From Macrostomum lignano (taxonomy: Eukaryota): 64,000 nucleotides of DNA. The position numbers and the translations under genes were made by a program. Shown piece after piece: positions 50,320 through 59,461 of this stretch. The notes beneath the pieces were generated by a model. The model saw only the letters and a program-made list of their open reading frames with translations. It searched no databases and was not told the origin of the DNA. How positions within the stretch are numbered: position 1 is the first letter of the stretch; each line of letters opens with the position of its first letter. The stretch covers positions 324,019 to 388,018 of the forward strand of contig NIVC01000153.1 in the NCBI GenBank assembly GCA_002269645.1, given 5' to 3'.

Positions 50320-51845
50320 GATATCAGTGTCAGCTGGTTCCAACTCAATCGACATAAGTATCAGCTGGTTCCAACTCAATTGATATCAGTGTCAGCTGGT
50401 TCCAACTCAATCGACATAAGTATCAGCTGGTTCCAACTCAATTGATATCAGTGTCAGCTGGTTCCAACTCAATTGATATCAGTATCAGCTGGTTCCAACT
50501 CAATTGATATCAGTATCAGCTGGTTCCAACTCAATTGATATCAGTATCAGCTGGTTCCAACTCAATTGATATCAGTATCAGCTGGTTCCAACTCAATTGA
50601 TATCAGTGTCAGCTGGTTCCAACTCAATTGAAATCAGTATCAGCTGGTTCCAACTCAATTGATATCAGTATCAGCTGGTTCCAACTCAATTGATATCAGT
50701 ATCAGCTGGTTCCAACTCAATTGATATCAGTATCAGCTGGTTCCAACTCAATTGATACCAGCGGATTCCAGCCAACTCGATTGATACCAGCGGATTCCAG
50801 CCAACTCGATTGATATCAGCGGATTCCAGCCAACTCGATTGATATCAGCGGATTCCAGCCAACTCGATTGATATCAGCGGATTCCAGCCAACTCGATTGA
50901 TACCAGCGGATTCCAGCCAACTCGATTGATACCAGCGGATTCCAGCCAACTCGATTGATACCAGCGGATTCCAGCCAACTCGATTGATACCAGCGGATTC
51001 CAGCCAACTCAATTGATATTGGCGGATTCCAACCAACTCGATTGATACCAGCGGATTCCAGCCAACTCAATTGATATCGGCGGATTCCAACCAGCTCGAT
51101 TGATACCAGCGGATTCCAGCCAACTCGATTGATATCAGCGGATTCCAGCCAACTCGATTGATACCAGCGGATTCCAGCCAACTCAATTGATATCGGCGGA
51201 TTCCAACCAGCTCGATTGATACCAGCGGATTCCAGCCAACTCGATTGATATCAGCGGATTCCAGCCAACTCGATTGATACCAGCGGATTCCAGCCAACTC
51301 AATTGATATCGGCGGATTCCAACCAGCTCGATTGATACCAGCGGATTCCAGCCAACTCGATTGATATCAGCGGATTCCAGCCAACTCGATTGATACCAGC
51401 GGATTCCAGCCAACTCGATTGATATCAGCGGATTCCAGCCAACTCGATTGATATCAGCGGATTCCAGCCAACTCGATTGATATCAGCGGATTCCAGCCAA
51501 CTCGATTGATATCAGCGGATTCCAGCCAACTCGATTGATATCAGCGGATTCCAGCCAACTCGATTGATATCAGCGGATTCCAGCCAACTCGATTGATATC
51601 AGCGGATTCCAGCCAACTCGATTGATACCAGCGGATTCCAGCCAACTCGATTGATATCAGCGGATTCCAGCCAACTCAATTGATATCGGCGGATTCCAAC
51701 CAACTCGATTGATACCAGCGGATTCCAGCCGACTCGATTGATACCAGCGGATTCCAGCCAACTCGATTGATACCAGCGGATTCCAGCCAACTCAATTGAT
51801 ATCGGCGGATTCCAGCCAACTCAATTGATATCGGCGGATTCCAAC
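50320..51845. repeat. Two abutting related minisatellites (31 bp TCAGCTGGTTCCAACTCAATTGATATCAGTA, then 29 bp GCGGATTCCAGCCAACTCGATTGATATCA)
   Basis: Directly visible; the switch occurs near 50760. Confidence 0.95.
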
Positions 51846-52384
51846 TCACCTCAAACGTAAGATTTGATATCAGAAAAAAAGATTCCTTGGAGGTCCACTT
51901 ACCGAATCAATGCAGACAGCACAGGGCAATGCTTCTTATCAAGCTTTTATATATATTTCTACACGAGTTCAGTTTTCTGCTCTATAAATTAAACAGACGA
52001 AGAGCGGTCCCCAGCAACAAGCAGCTGTTTGTTTTCTTAAATGCAAGCAGTAAATCCGAGAGCGCCCCAGCACTGGCCGCTCTTGCACTTAACAGTTGTC
52101 ACTGGACGAGGGGCGTTCGGCGGCCGCCTAGCGACTAACTGAATAATCGGTTCAAAATATGATTAGTTAAACAAAATATATAGCTGGCAGTTCTAACATT
52201 GCCATAGAGAAATAAATTGCGGGTTCATAGAGGCTCGCGAACTTAGTCGAGGAGTTCTATAATTAGTATTGTTCCCTGATCCATATTTCAGCAAATCATG
52301 TCCGAGTAGACACTTTGTGTGTTATTTTGCAAAAGCTCGACAATTAAATTTTCCAATTTATTTTATTTTAATTTTTGATGAGCT

Positions 52385-52568
52385 CGTGTGAGAGTGTGTG
52401 TGAGTGCATGTCTGTGTACAGTATTGGCGCGTTTGCATGTGCTCAGGACTCAGCGGACTGGGCTGAATCGCCCCAGCGCTGGGTGTGGAATCATGTCTCA
52501 TAAGGCGTTGCACCAGGGTGACCACAGACCTTCTGCAACTAATAGTAATTCTTCTTATTGTTATTGTT
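52385..52568 (+). mobile_element. SINE family A 3' fragment with (TTATTG)n-like tail abutting the viral terminus
   Basis: CAGTATTGGCGCG..GCTCAGGACTCAGCGGACTGGGC..CAGCGCTGGGTGTGG matches the family A tail. Confidence 0.7.
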
Positions 52569-52839
52569 AGTAGTATAGAAAAAGACGCTTCTAGACCCAG
52601 AGCACTTTTTTAATGACCGTTTTAAGGGTCTAGAGGGGGGACACGGGGGGTAAATAAAAAAACACATCTAAACACCATTAATACATCTAATCACCCATAA
52701 TCACCCCTAACAATAAAAATCACTTCCCAACACTTCCAAACACTCCCCAACACTCCCCTCGCGTCCCCCCTCTTAAGACCTTACAAACGGCCATTAAAAT
52801 AAGGTCTGATCTAGAAGCGTCTTTTTCTCCACTACTACT
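52569..52839. repeat. Imperfect terminal inverted repeat / fold-back (about 85 bp arms; AGTAGT...ACTACTACT)
   Basis: AGAAAAAGACGCTTCTAGA (52577-52595) is the exact reverse complement of 52810-52828, and similarity extends inward. Confidence 0.85.
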
Positions 52840-52893
52840 CTATAACCCCTTGCCCGCGCCGCAGGCGCGAAGGGTCTTTTTCTGTTACTAAAA

Positions 52894-53208
52894 ATGACCC
52901 GAGTTTACACCTTTTCTGTTAGTGATACTTTTGAGACTGTTGCTAAAAATGCAGAGATAATAAAACAACATATTTTGAATGGAATAATTGATGAAGTTTA
53001 TTTAAAATATGACGACAAGCACGACCTAAAACTTTATCCATTAGAGCTAGATGAGATGTATGATTTAGAACAAGAGGGTGAGTTAATATTTCAACTTGGA
53101 GATTATTTAAATTCGGATGATTGGGAGGTTAGATCAACAGATTCCGAATCAACAAATAGTTCATATGAAACCAGTGATTCAGAGAATGAAAGTGAAATTT
53201 TTATGTGA
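52894..53208 (+). CDS. Viral hypothetical acidic protein (104 aa)
   Basis: Intact ORF with AAAAATG start and a D/E/S-rich C-terminus. Confidence 0.6.
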   Translation: MTRVYTFSVSDTFETVAKNAEIIKQHILNGIIDEVYLKYDDKHDLKLYPLELDEMYDLEQEGELIFQLGDYLNSDDWEVRSTDSESTNSSYETSDSENESEIFM

Positions 53209-53224
53209 AAAAAATATTTAAAAA

Positions 53225-53449
53225 ATGAACTATTATTCTATAACAGAAACGACATTTATTGTGAAAAATATATATAAAAAAATGAAGGTAAACCATTCCT
53301 ACATCGGAAATGTTCCAATTAATGAACTTAATGAAAATTTAAGTTTGATAACAGTTGAACAAATGTCAATAATAATATTAGTAACAATTATAGTAATAAT
53401 ATTGTTTTTGTTTGTTATAAAAAATTTACTACCATGTTGTCTTAAGTAA
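53225..53449 (+). CDS. Viral small membrane protein (74 aa)
   Basis: C-terminal hydrophobic helix IIILVTIIVIILFLFVI. Confidence 0.55.
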   Translation: MNYYSITETTFIVKNIYKKMKVNHSYIGNVPINELNENLSLITVEQMSIIILVTIIVIILFLFVIKNLLPCCLK

Positions 53450-53459
53450 CTGTTTGAAC

Positions 53460-55069
53460 TTAGTTCGCAGACATTATCTGGTTCTCATAAAAAGAACCCA
53501 ATATTTCTTCACCATCCTTATCAGCAATTATATAGGTTGTAGGATTTGTATTTAAAACTTTACTGATGGTAAATTTCTCACTTATTTTCCAATATCCTTT
53601 TCTTCCCTTTTCAAACTTATCTTTCCATTTATAGATATAAACAGAATCACCAACCTTAAAACCTTTAGTTTTCTTTTTTTCAAAATCTCCAAAAGTAACC
53701 CTAACGTTTTCAGGATTGTTATAAGCTTGTTGAGGAGTCATCTTTATCGCCGAATGATATGAATTATTATAATCTTTCACTACGTCTGGTAATATTTTTA
53801 CCCATTTTTGGTTACCATTAAGACTAAACTGAAACCACAATTTCTTACCTAAAGTTCTATTAAATCTTTCTATTAATGCGTTTTTACTCTCTCCATAAAT
53901 AGAATAAATTTTATTAATATACTCCCCATTCGCGTCCTTTTTCCTTTCTTGTCCTTTTTCAAAATGGTATAATTTATACATATGAGGATTGTAAAATTCT
54001 TTTCCTTCGTCAACACACAACCTTTCACTTTTTTCTCCAAGACTTCTAAAAGCAGCAGCAACATCCTCTCCCTTTTTGGATTTTAAAGGAACAGCCCACG
54101 CGTATCGAGTAAAACCATCTAATATGGTTAAGATATATTTATATCCTCTTTCGTTCGGCATCGACATTAAATCAGCATACCAAATTTCATTCTTTTTGAA
54201 GTTCATGATTTTTCTATAAAATTTAGGTTTTCGATATTCTTTATGAAGAATCTTTGCCTCATCAGAACTTAACCCGCCGCCACTTAACAACAAACACTCA
54301 ACACAATTATTTCCATGTTGATTATAATTAATTCCTAAACCAAATTTAACTTTAGACTGCAAGATCTTTTTAACCATCCACCTAGTTAATTTTTGACCTA
54401 CCGATAATCCCTGCAAGTTATCTAATCCTTGAATCATTTTTTGATCGGCTTCATGTTTTAATCTTAATGCTTCCTCGGGTGTGTTCTTATCAGCATCTCT
54501 GTATGCTAAGTCATGATAGTATGCTAACCAATCAATTCCATTTATGGGAATTGAATCGGCTTTTGGGTGCCATCAGGATTTAATCTCAAATCTAAGCGAG
54601 TGCCGGGTAGTTTACCCTCAATCTTTCGAAAGAGGCTGGAGCACACCTTAAGCGGCGATAATTACCGCCCATCTCCGTCTGCTCTCTGAACCTTCTCCTT
54701 ATATTTAAAATACTTAGGAGCTTGGCTGCGCATTGCCACCGTGTCTTCAAGCTTTTTACCTTTGGGAAGAGGAGTTACCTCTGTTCCTTCAAAAGATTTC
54801 TCAATTGAAGTGGTACTTGAAGCAGTATGACGGGTTTCACGCAATTTGGAGATGTCGCCACAAATAGTGACTAGCAAGGACATTGCCTTCCTCACTCAGG
54901 CCACGGGTTAACCTGTGAAGTTCATTGATGGTAGGTGTAGTTCCCCTGTATATTTACCAGTAGTAAAGATTGGTGGTAAGCTTGTTAATCCTTTTTGAAC
55001 ATCTAACAATCCTCCTTCAAACACTATTTGATCGTTCCGAAGGAACGCGAACTTCGTTCGGTTGCTCAT
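53460..55069 (-). CDS. PLA2 (parvovirus-type) - rve/DDE integrase fusion, about 435 aa after splicing. Exon 1 55069-54911, exon 2 54607-53460 (one -1 frameshift at the GGG run near 54566)
   Basis: Spliced reading ELHLPSMNFTG|PGTRLDLRLNPDGT(P)KADSIPINGIDWLAYYHDLAY...HEAD...KVKFGLG, continuing in frame into WYADL..ILDGFTRYAWAVPL..CVDEGKEF..IERFNRTL and FKVGDSV..SFYE. Exon 2 length plus 1 nt is divisible by 3. Confidence 0.88.
54608..54910 (-). ncRNA. Group I intron, subgroup IC1 (303 nt, no internal ORF)
   Basis: P1 CAGGU/GCCUG with U.G at the 5' site; GCUAGUC..GGCGAC P2.1; P3 CAUCUCC/GGAGAUG; P4 UGCGUG/UGCGCA; P5a CUUCAAG/CUUGAAG with A-rich bulge; P5b GAAA loop; P5c; CCUAAG receptor; P7 G(A)GAGCA/UGCUCC; P8 GGCGGU/AUCGCC; J8/7 GCUUAAGGUG; P9. 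Removal restores the conserved FTGPGT. Confidence 0.93.
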
Positions 55070-55619
55070 TTTTAATAGCCATAAAAATACATGATAGCAC
55101 CAATTGTTTTGCAAACTCTTCAATGGTTGGTTGTTGAACTTTTTTATAGCGATTATCTACGCTAGTTAAGTATCTTTTATTTCTCCAATTTTCAGACTTT
55201 CTCATCTGGTCATTATTTTTGTAAGTAAATGAAGAAGCGGGGATCAAATGATCAATATCTAACTTTCCAGTATAATCTTTTGGCACATAATAATTTCTTG
55301 TGAAATTTAACCAATCAAAAAAGAATTCTTTTGTGCAACCAAGATAAGAGATATAGTCCTTGTCATTAAAATTTTTCAACGCCCAATTTATTCTATTTCT
55401 AATTAAAACAATATGTTTGTAATTATCATCAGTGTGATACTTATTTTTTCTATATTCATTCCATTTATCTTTATTGTTTTTTATCCAAATAGCAGATGAG
55501 GTATTATGACAAGATCGACAATCATTTCTAATTTTTTTTGAATCATTTCTCCAAAAATAAAATTCTTTCGTCATCGGTTTTTCTTGTTTACACTTAGTAC
55601 AAATCTTATTAGTTTCCAT
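55017..55619 (-). CDS. Free-standing HNH / endonuclease VII-like nuclease with N-terminal CxxC-CxxC zinc finger (200 aa)
   Basis: CTKC..CRSC; YLGCTKEFF; DIDHLIPASSF...NWRN..L..VDNRYK resembles the LGC..HIDHIIP..N..DN..K family of large-DNA-virus nucleases. Confidence 0.78.
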   Translation of the reverse strand: METNKICTKCKQEKPMTKEFYFWRNDSKKIRNDCRSCHNTSSAIWIKNNKDKWNEYRKNKYHTDDNYKHIVLIRNRINWALKNFNDKDYISYLGCTKEFFFDWLNFTRNYYVPKDYTGKLDIDHLIPASSFTYKNNDQMRKSENWRNKRYLTSVDNRYKKVQQPTIEEFAKQLVLSCIFMAIKNEQPNEVRVPSERSNSV

Positions 55620-55642
55620 TTTATAAAAAATAAATTTAACAA

Positions 55643-56311
55643 TTAAACTCCTGTATGTCCAGCAGCTTTCGCAGCAGCTAAAACAAGTTTTCGCGGTGTT
55701 TTAAATCCATCACCAACAGCTGGTTTGTTATTTATAGAATTAACAATCCTTTTATACAAGCTGGTATTTTTAACACCTCCACCTCCTAACTCATCGTAAA
55801 AAATTCTAGCACTTATTAATTCATCCCTAGTATATAAATCAGGGTTAAATTTTACCCTAGGGTTCGTAATAATATTAAATGCTCCACCCAATTCTCTATA
55901 TAGTTCATTTCGATTTTTATCAACTCCACCAATTCGATAATTATTATTACCTAAATCTGTCGCAGCAATACTAGCTGGTACTCTTGGATATTGTTCCCGA
56001 TCGCCCCGCTCTGCACGTCTAATCTCTGCAATTCTCAATTGTGCTTGATCAACATCATAAGCAGGCGGCTCATCTAAAAGTTCATCCTCTTTTGGCTCAG
56101 TATTTTTAGCAATTTTTTCCAGAAGATCTTTATCTGTTTTTTCTAGTTCACTAATTTTCCCAGTAATAGGATTAACAAAAGGAGCAGCAAATCTTTCACC
56201 CGCTAATTGTATTCCTAACTTTCTTTTTTGTAAATTTCTAACAAAATCAGAATATCTTTGCTTCTCTTTATAAATCGCTAACTCTCCATCAACGTCCATA
56301 AATTGACTCAT
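55643..56311 (-). CDS. Viral hypothetical protein (222 aa), possibly the conserved Maverick core ORF with an N-terminal helical segment
   Basis: Intact ORF with AAAATG start. KLG.Q..E.F..PF..PIT motif is reminiscent of Maverick conserved ORFs (recollection, not verified). Confidence 0.6.
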   Translation of the reverse strand: MSQFMDVDGELAIYKEKQRYSDFVRNLQKRKLGIQLAGERFAAPFVNPITGKISELEKTDKDLLEKIAKNTEPKEDELLDEPPAYDVDQAQLRIAEIRRAERGDREQYPRVPASIAATDLGNNNYRIGGVDKNRNELYRELGGAFNIITNPRVKFNPDLYTRDELISARIFYDELGGGGVKNTSLYKRIVNSINNKPAVGDGFKTPRKLVLAAAKAAGHTGV

Positions 56312-56345
56312 TTTTTAACATAAAAAACTTTTTTAACTTAAAAAA

Positions 56346-57816
56346 ATGGCTGAAACAAAAACTATGTGGAGTGATAAATTTCATTTCAAAAAGCACCGAC
56401 AGTATATTAATGAGGTCAGAGCAAGAGATTTAAATTATACCCTACCAACAAGTGATAATTCAAATAACTTTACTACTGGAACGGTAACTTTTGACATCGG
56501 CGCAACCAACACTATATTGGATATGAAAAATGCGTTTTTCCGCGTTAGATGGTTGTATACTAGAAATGATGGAACTGCTCTTGCAGCCGGAGATATCGCA
56601 GATCGATCCGGAATAATAATAGAAAATGATTGGTTTTATAAATGTTTTTCCCAAGCTCAACTAACTGTTAATGGTGCTGAGGTTGAGACATCATCAAACC
56701 CCGCAGAGATTAATGGAGTTTTGAAACATTTAAATTATACTTATTTATCAAAACAAGTTGGTGATAATGTTGGGTGGATGCCGGATAAAGGTAACGGTCA
56801 AGCAGTAGTTTTCCCTAATGTACAAAACGCAGCCGGTGCAGATACTGCAGCGCTAATTGTTTACCTTAATACAAACATAGTTCCAGTTGTAACCACTATG
56901 ACTAATACAAAAGATATTAATACTGGTTTTATAGATCGTCAGAATAAATTCCCAGTCGCGGTTTTAACCACAGCAACAGCATATGAGCAGGACTTTTCAA
57001 TCTTTCCACTATTTGGGTTCTTCTCACCAAATCGGGTATGGAAAGGATTAAAATTTGGGATACAGTTGCAAATATCTGGTGGATATCAGCCTAGGATACT
57101 TTATGGAACCTCAATTTCAACCGATATAGCAGTTCGTATAGATTCAATTCAATTAGTCGTACCAACTATTGAGGTAACAGCCCCACTTTTAAAACACATC
57201 GATAATCAGTTAACGCATGATCAGGAAATATTTTATTTGAATCGTAGACACTTTATGCGAACCATTAATAACAATCAGGATTCATTCCAGTGGCAAATAC
57301 TGACATCAAAACGTCGGGTGAGATATATTTTTGTTTGGTTTAAATAACAAACAGAAGGAGTAAAAGAGCAAATGGGGATTTATATTGGCTTCAATCGGGT
57401 GACATAGCAGCACAAGCAGCTACCGCAACAGACAACGCAGTTGCTGCAATTAACGAGTTTAATGTTCAGAATATCCGCCTGCAGGTTGATGATCAATATT
57501 ATCCGGTTAAAGACCCCTAAATTTAAATATAGCAAATAATAATGTTAATGATTTTATAAAATATTATCAAGATTATGCCAAAAATGAAGCGTATGCCGTC
57601 CCTCAGTACACACCCACAGAGTTTCTAAACATTCATCCAGTGGTTGTTTATGATCTAACGGCACAGAAAGAAAACGTAGCCAATATTGGACTTAATTATA
57701 TGTTAGAGATTAATAAAACCGGTAATCAGGCACTTGACGCCCACGTATTGTTTCTAGAGGAATATATGTCAATTGCTAAAGCTGATGGCACGATTGTTCG
57801 GGACGCGCCACTTTAG
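56346..57816 (+). CDS. Major capsid protein (double jelly-roll, Polinton PY/hexon-like), about 490 aa; two -1 frameshifts near 57343 and 57515
   Basis: TFDI..TILD..FSQAQLTVNGAEVE..FPLFGF..IQLVVPTIE..RYIFVWF. Adding one base to each homopolymer extends the frame through NIRLQVDDQYYP..HPVVVYDL to the TAG at 57816. Confidence 0.82.
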
Positions 57817-57847
57817 TGTCGCACCTATTTAAATTATTTCTTTAAAA

Positions 57848-58634
57848 ATGGTAAAGGCAAAACACAATAAAATATTTCCAAATGATCCTTTTCTTTGTTT
57901 AGTAATCGGAGGATCAGGTAAAGGAAAAACACACTTTGTTTACGATTTATTAACAACAGATGGAATGTTAGACTATAATAATTTAATAATTTATACTAAT
58001 AAACCTAGAATAAAATATTATGAATTTCTTAAACATGGATTAAAAAACAAATTAAAAAAAGATGTCTTGTTTAGAATGTTAAGAGCATATGAGCAATATG
58101 AGGATGATGACGAACCGCGATTTAATCTAGCAGACATTGAGGATTTATGTAAAACAATGGCACAACAGCCAGAAAACATCACCGATCGCCCCGAAGGGTC
58201 GCGGACTTCGTCCGATCGAGCCCCAACTTAGAGTATCAACCGATTAGCTATGATCAAATTCCAAAAATGATAAAACACTAATTATTTTTGATGATTGTAT
58301 TAATGACGGTGATCAAGAATTGCAAAAGGAAATTTTTGTTAGTGGTAGAGGAGATGGAATTGGAGCTTTTTATCTAACACAGTCCTTTAGAGAATTAGAA
58401 TCGATTATAAAAAAGAATGCAAGTTGTTGTGTAATGTTTGATTTAGATAATTATGATTTACAAAATATACACGCTAGATTTAATCCCGGATTGGATGCAA
58501 AACCATTTAAAAGTATGTGTAAAAAAATTTGGGATGATAGCCAATACAAACATATTTATATCAATCCGAGGTTAGAAAGGAAAAATCGAATCTTAACAAA
58601 TTTGATAAAAGAAGATAATGAGGAAGAAGAATGA
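57848..58634 (+). CDS. A32/FtsK-like DNA packaging ATPase, about 262 aa; two -1 frameshifts near 58223 and 58265
   Basis: Walker A GGSGKGKT, Walker B LIIFDD (58279 region), TQS motif, ARFNP..HIYIN. Confidence 0.88.
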
Positions 58635-58678
58635 TCGTGCATAGCACGCGGACTTCGTCCGATTCTTCCACTATAAAA

Positions 58679-59461
58679 ATGGCTACAAATTTAGATACTA
58701 TAAAACAATTGGTAGATCGAACTAATTCAAAATTTAGTACAACATTACAGTTTATAATGACAACCAGCGAGCAACGGATTCAATTGCGCGATCCATTACA
58801 ACTTGATCAAAGCCTAAGTTATCAAATAGGTTTAATACTATTTTCGGTTTTTAACATGCCTCAATTAATTAATGCAACAAATAATCAATTTAGATATTCT
58901 AAAGATTCCGGAGCCAATTGGACAACATTTAGCGTTAACCCAGGAGCGTATAGCTATACTGATTTGAATGCTTATATAGAAGGAGAATTAACAACTAATG
59001 GTGATTGGGTATCAGGCGCAATTGTTATAGGGGTTGATTTACCGTCTGGCAGATTCACACTATCACTAGGATCCGGATATCAGGTTGATTTCACAATTGC
59101 AAATTCACTCAGAACCATACTTGGATTTAATTCCCGAATAGTTACCACATCAAGCACCGGAGATACAGTGGAAATATTGAGGGTGGAGTTAATACAATTA
59201 ATATAACAACCGACATTTCAAACGGTGGTTATATAACAGATAATAATGGAGTTTTGGTTCAACGTGGAATTATTTATTCAATCCCATCTTGCTGTTCCAA
59301 TTGGAGAGAAAATGATTGTATCACCTCAAACCCCAATATATTACCCATTAAATCAATATAATGTTCAATCAATTTATATTAGGATTGTAGATGAAAGCGA
59401 TAGATTAATAAGTTTTGGTGGGCAGTCAATAACAATAATTTTACGTATAAAACAGGTTTAG
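58679..59461 (+). CDS. Minor capsid (penton) protein; frameshifted near 59170-59290
   Basis: F..VNPGAYSY.DLN, LRTILGFN, VPIGEKMIVSPQTPIYYP..IRIVDES..ISFGGQSITIILRIK are typical of Polinton pentons. Confidence 0.8.

Noticed and set aside
54662-54895. 77-aa ORF inside the intron as a homing endonuclease
   Set aside because: TTG/GTG-type start, no LAGLIDADG, His-Cys or GIY-YIG motif, and it runs through structural helices; incidental.
54608-54912. Spliceosomal (GT-AG) explanation for the PLA2 interruption
   Set aside because: A GT exists at 54912-54911 on the minus strand, but no AG acceptor gives the conserved FTGPGT. The complete group I core explains the insert.
38219-55069. Functional link between host ceramidase and viral PLA2 (both lipid hydrolases)
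   Set aside because: PLA2 is a standard Maverick/adintovirus gene, and the proximity is best explained by chance insertion.
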